The notes under the pieces were generated by a model. It had not been told where the DNA came from, made no database searches, and saw only the letters and a list, made by a program, of their open reading frames with translations. From NCBI GenBank assembly GCA_965112735.1, contig OZ218959.1, forward strand, positions 992,001 through 1,056,000: a DNA stretch of 64,000 bases, in the 5' to 3' direction. The DNA comes from Phaeosaccion multiseriatum (lineage: Eukaryota > Protista > Ochrophyta, other classes). The translations under genes were made by a program, and so were the position numbers. Of the stretch, positions 36,101-53,160 are shown piece after piece; position 1 is the first letter of the stretch, and each line of letters starts with the position of its first letter.

Positions 36101-37242
36101 GAGAGCGCTGAAGGCCGCGTGTCGGGCCTCCGGGGCGAGGACGCGCGCTCTGTTGAGCAGCAGTTCCGCCTCTGCGTCCACGCCCCTCCCGCGCAGTGCG
36201 TTGAGGGCCTCCATCCTTTCCTTGAGTATTTGCAGGCGCCACAGCTCCTCCCTCCGCAGTAAGTCCCTCATGTACGCATCCTCGCCCCCCATGGCTGAGC
36301 AGAGTCATCCATCCGGGTGTGCGGGAGAACGAGAGAAAAAAAGAGAGGGGAGGGTGGGGGAGCAGGGAAGGAAAGAGAAAGAGAGAGACTTGAGAAATGA
36401 GGTGCGGCGTGGCTTGTGAGAGTGGACCCCACTTCAGAGCACGAAGTAGCCACCCCCTTCGCTCTCACCTCTCCGGTCCTCTCCGGTCCTCTTTTCTTTG
36501 CCTATCCCCTCTCTGCCTCTCTCCCTCTCTCCGATACTGCTCCGCGGCACTCACCGGCCAGCTCGAACCTCCGGACCTGCTCCCCTTTGAGGCCGAGCAT
36601 GCTCTTGCCGGGCTTCCACTTCTGCAGCAGGTCCTGGGCGGTGTGGCCGTGCTCGTTGCGAAGGTCCCACCTCTCGCAAAGGCTGAGGCTCAGCAGAGCG
36701 TCCACCGCCTTCAGAGACACAGAAAGAGAGAGAGAATATAGGGGCGAACGGAACACGAGCAACAATAAGAAAAAGCAGGCGCAAACCTCCCCTCAGTACC
36801 CAACGTGCCTTCCACCTGCCCCACTTGAGCGCGATGTGCATGGCGGTGTCGCCGAAGAAGTCGTGCATCCTTACGGTCCACATGTAGCCCCCGTACCCCT
36901 CGACGGCATCCACCTGCACAAAGGAGCGGCACAGGGCACAAGCGGTAGAGACAAGGCGACTTCAGAGTATGTCCCAGCCGGCCTTCCCAAGAGTATGCGT
37001 GCTTGCTTGCCCCTTCTTGCTCATACCTGATGCCGCAAGTTGGCCTTGCCGAAGTTGCAGGCCTTCGGGGAGAGGAACGCCGCTCTGATGCGGGGCCCGT
37101 CATCGTCGTCGATCCCACGGATCACGTCGTATCCCCAGGCCACAACCTTGCGAGTGAAGGCATTGTGCTTGCCTGGCTCGGTCTCCCTTCTCGTCTCTGT
37201 GGACAGGCCCTCGGCCCCGTCTGGAGAGGGAAAGGGCCCCAT
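33197..37242 (-). CDS. Multi-exon protein: N-terminal ankyrin-like repeat, long low-complexity linker, RNI-type leucine-rich repeats, acidic repeat tail
   Basis: DFFGDTAMHIALKW and LRNEHGHTAQDL are ankyrin-like. A phase-0 intron at ~36022-35921 joins ORF 36008-36292 to ORF 33197-36004. LESLNLMGKRIGDAGCIRLAQAV, LRHLDLSRNCIGDEGATALALAL and LVMSGNRLTLAGAEEL are LRR_RI-type. It could be two genes. Confidence 0.6.
34147..34321. repeat. (CCT)n trinucleotide tract encoding poly-Gly in the LRR gene
   Basis: Over 50 near-perfect CCT units within the long minus-strand ORF. Confidence 0.9.
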
Positions 37243-37461
37243 GGCAGCGACAGGACAACCGCACCTTCTAATTATCCTAGCGCAGCAGTTGCTTTTCTAT
37301 CATTTTAGTTTCAGTTTTCGGACGTAACGCCATGTAAGCTAATGATATACGTAAGGCCTTACGTGCAGATCTTTCATATTGCACTCTTCCTTCCTTCTGT
37401 GCGCGACCTGTGTGTGACCTTCACCACGACTCTTTGCCGTTTCTCAAAGCAGACAAGAGCA

Positions 37462-40393
37462 ATGACTGTGCTGCGAGCCACCTCGGGGGTGGTTGTGGCG
37501 GGTTGCGGGCTGGTCTCGCTCCTGAGTGGGGCGGCAGCGTTTATGCCGGCCACGACTGCTCTTGGAGGCTTCACGCCTGCAGCGGCCAGGCTTTCGGCAG
37601 TAGAGCAGAGCCGCAGCGCAAGCACGAGGGCGTATGCGTCCTCCTCTGCCGACCTGACTATGAAGGTCATCAACGTGGGCGTGATCGGCGCGGGGCGCAT
37701 CGGCTTGGTGCACCTGGAGGCTTTGGCGTCTTGTGCTTCGGCCAAGCCCGTCATCATCTCCAACCCCACTATCGCCAAGGCCGAGGCTGCCGCCACTAAG
37801 TACAACCTTCCCGAGTTCTCTGCCAGCGCAGACGATGTCATCAACCACCCGGACGTTGACGCAGTGTGGATCTGCTCCCCATCGCAGTTCCACGCCGATC
37901 AGGTACGGAAGAGACTCCTTTTCTCTTGAGGGCTCTTGATTGGGACGGACTGAGGGCGTGAGCTTAGAGGAGGGTACACGTGCTTGGCTTGAAATTTCTC
38001 CATCCTAAGGATAAAGCGCCTCGTGTGTGTGGCAGGGGTGCAAGTGGGCCACCCACGCCTCTCCTCACCTCAGTACAGTATATCATGCCGGGGAAACTTG
38101 AGGACGGCTTTGACGCGCACCATTCGGCCCATTCGCCTCATCAACCCACACAACACATATCCACCCCACCCCCCACCGTATATATATATATATATAGATC
38201 AAGGCGTGCGCCGCGGCGGGCAAGCACGTGTTCTGCGAGAAGCCCATCGCCACTGACATGCCCGAGACGGTGGAGGCCATCAACGCGTGCCATGCCGCCA
38301 ACGTCAAGCTCATGACGGCCCTGCAGCGCCGCTTCGACCCCAACTTCGCGAGGGTCAAGGCGGCCCTTGCCAACGGAGAGGTGGGCGAGGTCATTCAGGT
38401 GAGAGAGGGGACGCAAGGCGAGACGAGCGGCCGGGGGGGGGGGCGCGTGTGGCGTTGGAGTGCGGCCATGTTGCTTCTCTGAACGGAGGCGCTGGAGGCT
38501 CTGCTGCTGATACACGCACGCACGCCGCAGCCGCGTGGCTGAAACTGCAACTGGAACGTGCGCACGAGAGAGAAGGGCACCAGCATGCAGTAGCGTCGGA
38601 CAGCAAGCTACAGTTACTTCAGTCCTAGTCCTCTTCCCAGCTCGGGTTAGTCCCCGTAGAGCGACATGCTCAGGTCCCCGCCTATGGCAGAGAGAGAGCA
38701 CATCAGAGTGTATGTGCCTGGAGCATCAGGAGGGCTTGTGTTCCGACGAGACTGTCAGGATGGCAACCTAAGGCGACTGAATTGAGGCAGGAGAAGGACT
38801 CAGTCTCTGCGAGGCCCGCGTCCGGAGGACGTGCAGCTTCAGCTTCAGCTTAGCAGCAGAGGAAATGAGTGGCAGTCGCACGAGGAAGCGGCGGGGTGTA
38901 CTGGAGATGCTCTTGGTGTGCGAGACGTTCTCACTCTGTCCCCCCCCTCCCTCCTTCCGTCCTTCCCTCTCTTGCCCCCCCCACCCCCCCCTCAGGTCAA
39001 GCTCTGCTCCCGAGACCCCAGCCCCCCTCCCTACGAGTACGTCAAGGGCGGAGGAGGAATCTTCAAGGACATGGCCGTGCACGATCTCGACATGAGCCGC
39101 TTCCTCATGGGCAGCCAGCCCGTGGTGAGTCAGTCAGTCAGTCAGTCAGTCAGTCAGTCAGTCAGACAGTGAGTCAGACAGTGAGTCAGACAGTCCGGAG
39201 AGCACTTGACGTCGTTAGAAACACAGTCAGAGGGATGGGTAAGGAGGGAGGAGGGAGGAGGAAGAGCTTCTATTTCTGAAGCCAGGAGAGAGCGGCAGCA
39301 TATGCGTTTGTCGCTGCTGTCTGTCTGTCTGTCTGTATGTATGTCGTCTGTCTCTCTGTCTGTCTGTATGTCTGTCTGTCTGTCGGTCTGCTTATCTCAC
39401 TGTCTCTTTGTCTACCTGTCTGTATGTCCGTCCATCTCACGGCCGCTCCAACACGCCCCCCCTTGCCTCATTCCTTTGCTGTACCGTACCTTCCCTCTCC
39501 TTGCCCCCCGCCAGCGCATCCTGGCCACGGGCTCGTGCCACATTGACCCCAAGATCAAGGACCTGCCCGGCCCCGAGGCCTTCGACACCGCCACCATCAT
39601 GGTCGAGTACGAGAATGGAAAGATGGCCACCATCGACGTGTGCAGACAGGTGAGGCAACGGGGGTGGGGAACGCAGAGGAGGCGGCGGTCGGAGCTTGGG
39701 TGCAGAGTGGGCAGAGCACGCCCCTGTACGGGCGTGGTGCTTGCCTCTCGCTTCTCGCGCTTGGGCCCCTCCTACTCGCTCTTGGGCCCCTCCTAGGTGG
39801 TGCTTGACTACTCTCCCTGTCTCTTACTTTACGTCCTCCACGCCCCGCGTGACGTATGTGTGACGTATGTGTGACACCCCTCCCTGCTCCTCCCTCCCTG
39901 CTCTTCCCTCCCCCCCCCTTTGTGTCAGGCGCCGTACGGCTACGACCAGCGCGCGGAGGCCCTGGGCACGAAGGGTATGATCATGACCGACAACATGTAC
40001 CCCAACACCGCCCGAGTGTACCTCGAGGACTTCACGGGTAACGCAGACATGCCTTACGACTTTTTCATGAGCCGTTACAAAGAGGCCTACGTGCAGGAGA
40101 CTCTGGCCTTCTGCGACGCACTTGTCAACGACAAGCCGTCCCCCTGCACGGGCGAGGACGGACTCATGGCCCTTATCATGTCGGTGGCTGCGGGTATGAG
40201 CGCGAAGGAGGGCCGCTGGGTGAGCTTCGATGAGATCCCCGAGGTGCGTGCGTGCCGCACGCCCCTGGAGTGCGAGATTATCAACCCCATTGAGTACGCC
40301 ACCGGCCAGGACGGCCACAAGATGGAGGACAGCGCGGAGCAGGTCAAGGAGTCGGGTTTCCGGGCCGGCCTCAAGAGCATGATGGGCCTCTAA
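37462..40393 (+). CDS. Inositol 2-dehydrogenase-like Gfo/Idh/MocA oxidoreductase with bipartite plastid presequence (5 exons: ~37462-37902, 38198-38398, 38996-39124, 39515-39649, 39929-40393)
   Basis: Rossmann motif NVGVIGAGRIG, GKHVFCEKPIA, QRRFDPNF, GGIFKDMAVHDLD and YGYDQRAE are typical of IolG. The signal peptide ends GAAA-FMP (ASAFAP-like). Confidence 0.88.
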
Positions 40394-40882
40394 GAGGACT
40401 GTCATGATGATGATGATGATGATGATGGGGCGGGACGGGACGGGCCCAGCGACTTCGACATAGAAGAGAGAGAGAAGAGAGAGAGAGAGAGGGAGGCGTC
40501 ACTCTACTGACGACAGCTCCTGATGGAGGAGGGGGGGGGGGTCGTTTGGTGTGCTTGGCTGGGCTGGGGGCGGGCGGTGCAGTACATCCTTGCTCTCCAA
40601 CCCCTTTTTACATGCTTTTGACCTACCATTATTGTTCTGGAATGCCGCCCCAGCACTGCGGTCAGTGCTCCCATTCGCGGATAGGATGGGTGTCAAGCGA
40701 TGCGGACAGAGATTACATTTACATGGGATAGACACGCCCCATATGCTTTAACACTCTTATAAACAATAACCTCATAATAGAGAGAGACCGATTTATGATA
40801 CCTCGCGCACGGAGAGCGCCGCTGAAGCCACTCTATATGCCTATATGCCTCTATTTGTCAAATGGGCAGAGGCCTTTGTATG

Positions 40883-45334
<4,452 letters not shown>

Positions 45335-45769
45335 GTCCTAAGTGCCTGGACGGATCGGGCAGAGGGGGGTCAGTTCTCACGTTCTCACCCATAATCCTCC
45401 AAGCCTGTAACGCCAAGTACACTTGGGGTTCAAAAGTTGGGCTTTTCACTTGCTTGGGATTGGGATTGAGGGCCTGGTTGAATTGTAAAATCCTCCCCCC
45501 GGAAGAGTGTGGGGTAGAGAAGAGGACAAGAGAAGGGGGCAGTTCAGACAAGGGGCAGAGGAGGGGGGGCTGCTGTTAGGGTCAAGACGCAGTCCCAACT
45601 CTTAAACGAGTTCGAACGGGCGCTGTCTCCCCCAGAATCTGCCGCTCTCCTTGGGAGCAGGAGAACAAAGAGGGGGGTGGTTCCTCCACCTGCGCCCAAG
45701 GTAGGGCAAGCAACACATCTCGTCGAACAGGAGAAATAACAGTAGCCGGGGGGGCGGGGTGGTAGGAGG

Positions 45770-48703
45770 ATGACGAAAAGGCCGGAGGCTACAGGGGCGG
45801 GGGGAGGGCTGATGGCGGCAGCAGCGCGAAGGCTGTCTGCCGAGAGGGAGACAGCCTCCCCCTCTTTGCCAGCAGGAGCATCCCCCAGTCTCATGACTGC
45901 CCACTCCGGGTGGAAAATGTTCAACATTACGGGGGAGAACAAGAACGCAGTGGACAGCTGTCTGGCAGCCGCCTGCTCGGCCGTGGACTTTGATATTGCA
46001 GAGGTGTGGAGCTTTGGCTTCGACCCCGCGGCTCGGCCACCAGTTGCGAGGACCGCCAGCTGGAAGGTGATGGGTGGCGTGAAGGGTGCAAAGGACAGTA
46101 GCGGGGGTGGCGCTAGGCGCAAAGTGCCCAAAGAGGGGGATGTCACGAGTCCGGCAGAGCGGCCTGTGTGTCGGCATGTGTACGCACGGCCTTCGACCAC
46201 GCAAACGATTTCGGCCATGATCCTGCAGGCGGGGCGGCACGACCCCACCTCAGAGTCGAGGAATCAGGAGCACACTCTCTCGCCGCTGCTCTTTGCTCGG
46301 GCATGGGAGCTCGACTGCCCTCTGTGGTACACGAGCCAGGACGAGGACACGCCCCTGCATCAGGACTTGCCGCTCAACTCGGCTCTGAGTCTGCCGATCA
46401 AGGTGGAGTCCATGCAACTGTGAGTGCGGAGTGCTCTCCTCTGCTAGTGGAGCGACGGACTACTGTGTTTTATCTTTTGTTCTTGTCGGTTGAGCTGCAT
46501 CCACCCACGCACCCGCCCTCTGCGCGCGCACTCGTGTCACCCACAACACACACACGCCTGACCCCCCCCCCCCACACACACTCTCTCTCTCTCTCTCCCT
46601 GGGCAGCGAGTGCATGGTCATCTTCTTCTCTCTGCAGGTGGTGCCTCGCTCGGACGCGGTCATCGAGTTCATGTCGCTTATGAGCAGGGCAGCGGTGCTC
46701 GCGGTGGGGGTGGTGGCAGAGGACGAGAGCGTCAAGCAGCTCAGCGATGACGTGCAGAAGGGACTCAGCATCTCCGACGCCAGCGGCTCGGGAGGGCGCG
46801 TGACCATGAGGGGATCCATGGACCTGTCATCCTCAATGGCGCTTGACAGCCCCACCAAGAGCAAGGGACTTGAGCACCGAGTGGCTGCAGTGTCGCACAT
46901 GGAGTGAGTGCGGAGGACGGAGGACGGAGGACGGAGGACTCGGGGGGGGGGGGGGGTGGGTTGAGGGCCGCTGATGGCCGCTGATGTCCTCTCATGGCCG
47001 TTGGGTCGGAAGTGGCAGCTTCTGTCCTTACGTCAGCATGTTGTGCTGCCGTCATGTAAAGTGAAGTGCAGTGGAAGTTAACGGAAGCTCGATGCCATGC
47101 AATTGTGACCCCTCCTCCACCCCTCCTCCACCCCCCTCCACCCACCCCACACGCGCAGTGACCACGTGGACACGAACGTAAGCTGGTCCGAGCTGAAGAA
47201 CGTGGAGTACATGGTCAACGGCTCGCGCTGCACCATCTACACGGCTGTCTACAAAGGGCAGAACGCCGTGGTGAAGCTGTTGCGTAAGGACAAGCCCGAC
47301 GCAGAGATTGTGCGCCGCGAGTTGGAGATGGAGATGGCTCTGCTCATGCGCATTAAGAGCGACCATGTGGTCAAGTTGCTAGGGGCAGGCAGTCAGCCGG
47401 AGCGCTTCCTCATTATCGAGCGCCTGGACGGGGGCACGCTGGCGCAGCGCTGTGGCAATGCACTGGATGTGCGAGACAGGAGGGGCCGTTTCAAGAAGCC
47501 CAGGCCCTTCAACTACACCACTTTACTCAAGGCGGGCAGGCAGCTGGCGCTGGCGCTGCGGCACTTGCATGAGGAGGTCAGGCAGCGCTAGAGGGCTCTT
47601 GGGGGTGGGAAAGGGAGAGGGGGAGTCGGAGGCAACAAAAGCAAAGGGGCTGGCATGATTCGTGCAAGAGCCTTCCGTCCTAGGCCCTCCTCTGGGCGTG
47701 GTGTCTGTCCTGGCTGCCCCCGGGACACCGATCCTCCTCTTATCATGCTTCTTCCTCTTGTCTTGTGTGCCCGTGCCTCCGCTCTTCCCTTCCTTCTTTC
47801 TCCCCACCCTCCCCACAGGCTATTCCGGGCAAGATGGTGCTTCACCGCGACCTCAAGCCCGACAACGTGGGCTTCACGGTAGACGGAGACCTCAAGTTGC
47901 TGGACTTGGGCCTCTCCAAGGCCGTGCCCAAGAGCGAGCTCGACAACGCGGTGTTCCACATGACCGGCGAGACGGGGTCTCTGCGCTACATGGCACCCGA
48001 AGTGGCCGAGTCAAGGCCCTACAACGAGAAGAGCGACGTGCACAGCTTCGGCATGGTGCTCTGGGAGATGGCGAGCATGCGCAAGCCGTTCCAGGGCATG
48101 AGCAGGGACGACTTTTACTCACATGTCGTGCGTAAGGGGATTCGACCCAAGATAAAGAAGAAGTGGCCGAGGAGCTTCAGCGACTTGCTCGTGCGATGTT
48201 GGGCAGAGGTGAGAGAGAGAGGAGGAGTGAAGAGGGTGTGAGTGAATGAGGGAGTGAGTGAGTGAGTGAGTGAGTAAGGGAGCGAGGGAGGAGGGAGGAG
48301 GTAGAGACAACAGGGAGAGAGAGACGGGAGGGGGAGGGAGAAGTATAACCGTTTAACCGTGCTGAAACGGAGGAGGCAGGCTTCACACGCTCCGCTTGTC
48401 TACTCCGCGTGTGTGAGGGAGTGCTTGTGCCTTGCTTGCTCCCCTTCCCTCTTCTTGGCCTGACCCCCGCTTCCCTTTGCGCTTTTCTGGCGCTGCTCCC
48501 TTCGCATGCAGGACTTCAACTCTCGCCCGACGTGCGCTGAGATTTGCGGCACCATGGCGCTGATGATTCAGGAGGTGGTGGATCACTCCCCCCTCGGGGA
48601 GTCCCCACGGGATGGCAGCGGACACGGCAAGCTCAAGGGAAGGAGAGGAAGGGGCCTGCTGCAGAAGCTAGGGCTGAAGGACCGGCACAGCATGTGGTTC
48701 TAG
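45770..48703 (+). CDS. Protein kinase (TKL-like) with putative N-terminal GAF-like sensor region, multi-exon
   Basis: Kinase motifs AVVKLLRKD, HRDLKPDNVGF, LKLLDLGL, TGETGSLRYMAPEV and SDVHSFGMVLWEM. The N-terminal CSAVDFDIAEVWS...LSLPI...CMVIFFS segment resembles GAF-like folds. Confidence 0.85.
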
Positions 48704-49818
48704 ACCGCAGACAGCACTTGGTTTGGTTTCAACGCAAGCGCGAGGCGGACGACGGGGATGGAAGACCACTTGGGGGGGGGTTGGCTCCAACTTTTGGCGT
48801 TGGGATTGGAAGCTGAAGGGCTGAAGGCTACGAGGCCTCCGTGGGAGTAGGGGGGGGTATGGCAGCTTCACAAAGGAAAAGAGCGGACACTTGCTTGACA
48901 TTGGAGCTTCCAAGAAGTGTCTAAAGATGAGTCAAGTAACGAAATAGCAAGAAAATTAGTGGCCCGGGCTGTGTCTCTCGCGCCTCTGCTGTGCGCGCCC
49001 CGTTCGTTCCTTTCAGCGGAGGTAGCAGAGCTCGCGCTCTGGCGGCAACTGACCCTCCTTTTGCTTGTTCGCAAAAGGCCCCCTCCTCTCTGCACACGCG
49101 AAAGGGCCCTTTTAAGTTCGGGGTCCAAAAAAATGTTCGAGTCCGTCTTGGTCTCTGTCTCTGCCTCTGTCTCTTCTCTCGAGGGGCGATCGAAAGCCGC
49201 ATTGCGTTGCCCACTCGCCTATTGCGAAAGGAGAAGGAGAGGAGGCCGGAGAGGCGGGACGGACGATCAGACGGACGGCACAGCACCGCACCATGCCATC
49301 GTGGCACCTCGGCGACCATCTCGGGGGGGGCCCTGCCGGCACGCACACATTCACGCTGGCGTCCGTCCGTCTGTCTGTCTGTCTGTCTGCCTCTGCTTGT
49401 CTTCCCCGCGGGCGCGTAGCGCAGCGTGTATGTGTGGACGGCCACTTTCTTCCTCCCACTGTGGATGGCCACTTGCTTCCTCCCACTGACACTGCGTCTC
49501 ACCGGCCCTCCACTCGCCACTGGGTGTGCGGAGAGCCATCTGCTGCCATCCTGCAGAGGGCATATGCTTCGGCATATGCTTCGCCAGCGGAGGGCTTCGT
49601 CTCTGTGTCTGCTTGGCCCCCCTGCTTGCCCCCCCTGCTTGGCGGGCTCTCGTGACCCGTCACTCTGTATCTGGCAATCGTGACAGGTGCCACGAAAGGA
49701 CCTCCTGAAAGGGCGCCCGAGGGGCGAGGGGCGAGGAACGAGGGGCGAGCCCCACCCCTCAGCTGCTCGGCCCCTCGCTACTGGGCCCTTGACTGCTCAG
49801 CCTGTAGCTGCTGGGCCT

Positions 49819-50593
49819 TCAGCTGGGCAGGCTGAGGCTCCAGACCATCATCTTGCCGTCTGCGGCCCCCGACACGAAGAAGATGTTGGGTGTGCCGGCG
49901 ATAACGAGCGGACAGAGGGTCCGGACGGCCTTCCCTCGATGCCCCACCCCAAAAATGTCTGAGTTGATCTCAAATGCCAGATTGAACCTGTGGGGAGGGA
50001 GGGAGGGAGCACGTGCGGAACTGAGCGACACAAGTGACGGGACGCACCAACCAGCGGCACAGATAGAGAGGTAGACATGCAGCCAAACAAGACAGGCAGA
50101 GGCATATGGGTAGACGCACACACAGATAAACATCCAGACAGACACACAGACAGACAGACAAGCACCTCGCCCCCTTCCCCTTCCCCTTTCTGCCCATCAG
50201 CGTACCCTGGGAAGTCTCTGACGGAGATGGCTCCGTTCTCGTGCCCCACAAGCAGCAGCGGGCCGGCGGGGGAGCTCTCGATAGCGGTGAGGGCCGTGAC
50301 TCTAGCCCCGCTGTTGTGGCTGTAGATGGCGGTGCCCACTAAGGCATCCCACACCTTGTGTGATGAGAGGCGGAAAGGAGGGGGTGGGGGGGTGCGTCAG
50401 ATGGAATGCAGCAGTAGCAGCAGTAGCAGCAGTCGGCCGGGTCGGTCCAGGCGCTTTGGTACAAACATCAGTCCAGGCGCTTTGGTACACACGACATAGG
50501 TCCACAGACCAAGCAGGCCGCGCTTCTGCCCACCTCAGTGCCATTGCAGCTTCGCCGAGGAGGTCAAGCACCCCCCCCCCCCTCTCCCTATCT

Positions 50594-50625
<32 letters not shown>

Positions 50626-52487
50626 TGCCCCTCCCGGCGCAAGGAGGAGCACAGCCCGCACCTTAATCTCCATGTCAGCGCCCCCACTCACGACGAATGT
50701 CTTTCCCAGTGTAGTGGGATCCTCCGGGTCCTTCCCCTCGATGACCACAAGGGAAGAGATGGGCCCCGTGTGCCCCCCCGCCGCAGCCCCAATGATGCCC
50801 ACACAAGGCCGCTGCTCCTGCGCAAGGTCCCACACTCGCAGCGTGTGGTCTTTGCTCGCGCTGTGCCGTTGAAGAGACGAAACACAACGATTAGGGCGTC
50901 CTGCTGCCTCTGCTTCTCCTGCCGCTCACTTCAACTTGAGGTGTGGGTAGGTGCACCCTCACAAGCAAGCAACAGACTGACAAAGCCCCCCCCCCCCCCC
51001 ACACACACACACACACACCCGTCGATAGATGGTTCACATATGCACGCCCTCCTCACCTCCAGAGCAGAGAACCCACAAACTTGAGCGCCGTGACTCCCCT
51101 CACATGCCCCACCAGCGTGGATGAGAAGCCGAACGCGCCCGTGCCGGAGGGCGTCCACATGCTGATGTCTCCATCGTCCCCGCCCGTGCACACCACCGCC
51201 CCCGCGGCCCCCAGGCTGCCCAGCGCGATGCACAACACCTTACGTGTGTGTGCGTACGGCCTGGCGTCGGCCTGGAGAACCACCTCCTGCTCCGAGCCCG
51301 AGTTGAGCTGCACTACACGCAAGTTGCCCACGGACAGCGTCTCTGCAGAGGGCCCACCCTGCTGCTGTCGGCTGTCTGTGTGCTGCCCCGCCGCCCGCTG
51401 CTGATGCCCATTGGCGCCGCCCCCTGCTACTCCTCCTCCTGCCGCAGCTGCCAGCGGGAAGGGCCCTTCGTAGCCGCAGAAGAGAAAATCGTTGGCCTCC
51501 ACGAGAGCCCCTACCTGCTGCCGCTCGTGGAAGTTGATCACGGCGTCGGACTTGTTCCATGCCTTGCCGTCCAGCGTGTTCCACATCTTGACACAGCCCT
51601 CGTCCGTCGCTGTGGAAAGGGGGGCGGGAGGCATCGGTGGCGTATGTAGAGAGCGCGTTTTTGTGGGGGACACGAGGGGCAGTTGTGGGTAGAGAGCAAA
51701 GAGTGAAAGCGAGCCTCCCAAGCGCGGTGCCTTCCCGAGAGAACCAAAGGCGTAAGATGTGCGGCGCGTGTTCTGTGTCTTTCTGACGTACCCGTAAACA
51801 CGTTCTTCTCCTGCCACTGCACCAGCGCGTTGACCGCCACCCCCTGCGGCGCTACATTGACGTCCGCCATCTGCGTGATGACGTGTCCGTGCTGGCAGTT
51901 GTCCCCGAACTTGCAGCCGTTCCTGTGCATGAAGAACTTACACACATCGAGGTTGAAGGGCTCCTGCGCCAGGCCCAGCATGGGCGCTGGCCCGCCGCTA
52001 GAACCGCCTCTCCCTCCACCGCTCCGGCCTCGGCCCCGAAAGCCCCGTCTGTAGCCCCGAAGTAGTCCATCGTTGGGAGTAGGAGGGCAAGGGCACGCAG
52101 CGCACAAACAATGAGGGCCAGCGGCGAGAGGGAAAACGCCCGGACAGAAACAGGGAGAGGTGGGTGATGGACCACACAGAGGCGGAGGGAACGGGGAGAG
52201 GACAGAGATACGTGGAGCGAGATGCATAAGCATGCATACGTCTGTACATACAGACACAACAGACATGGATTCACGTAGAGAGACAGGAGCCAGGCCAGGG
52301 GAGGGCAGCAGGAATGACCCTACAAGACAAGAGAAAAGAAAAGAAGAGGATAAAGATACGAGAAAACGTTGTAGCGACGCAAGCAAGGCTCCTGCCACAG
52401 CACTCACCCGCCCCTACCGCGGCTACCGTTGTTGCCCCCCCCCCTGTAGCCCCCCCCTCCCCTTCCTCCCTGCTGGAAGCTGGACAT
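49819..52487 (-). CDS. RGG + CCCH zinc finger + WD40 repeat protein (ZFWD-like), multi-exon
   Basis: Exon 1 (52487-52408, MSSFQQGGRGGGGYRGG) splices in phase 2 to 52048. Zinc finger CKFFMHRNGCKFGDNCQHGH. WD motifs TDEGCVKMWN, TGGDDGDISMWT, GHVRGVTAL, GHTGPISSL, SGGADMEIKVWD and SGAADGKMMVWS. Confidence 0.8.
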
Positions 52488-53160
52488 GTCTCCCTCCCTG
52501 CCTTGGCTTGGCTTGTTCGCCGCACGATGCGCACGCCCTCCGTCGAGCCTGGGTTACCAGCTCAGGCCGCCGTTACCAGCAGGCGCAGCAGCAGATGGAA
52601 GAAGACGCAGCAGCAATTGAATCGCCACCCGCCGTGCTGTCACCACCCTCTGTCGCTAGGAGCACAAAGTGGTTGCAGTTTCCTCTTTGGGCGTCCCTCC
52701 TCCGCCGCTCTGTCCCAAACAGAGCAACAGAAGCAGTACTAGCAGCAGTAGGAGCAGCAGCAACAGTGCCACCACCACCAGCAGGAGCAGCAGTAGAGCA
52801 GCGGGCAGTGGCAGCGAGTTTAAGGAAGAGGAGGAAAACTAGTGTAGGCCATTTGAAGGTATGCCCCCCTGGGGACGTGGATTGCCCCTGCACAAAGGCT
52901 GCTTGCTCGTGTTCGCTATAAGTAGAGGAAGAAGGAAGAACACTCCTCGGGGACGAGGTGGAGTGTCGGGTGGGAGAAGGGGGGGGGGGGGGCAGCAGGG
53001 CCAGCAGCAGCCACAAACCCTTGGAGCGGTGGGGGTATCTTGCTGATTCATCGTTGGGCTGCACAGATTGTGGGGAAGCAAAGGAGCACGCAGCTTCAGC
53101 ACAGCAGGCCAGGCAGCCTCTCCCGAAGGCCCAGAGATTCTGACAGGAGACGCAGCTGTT

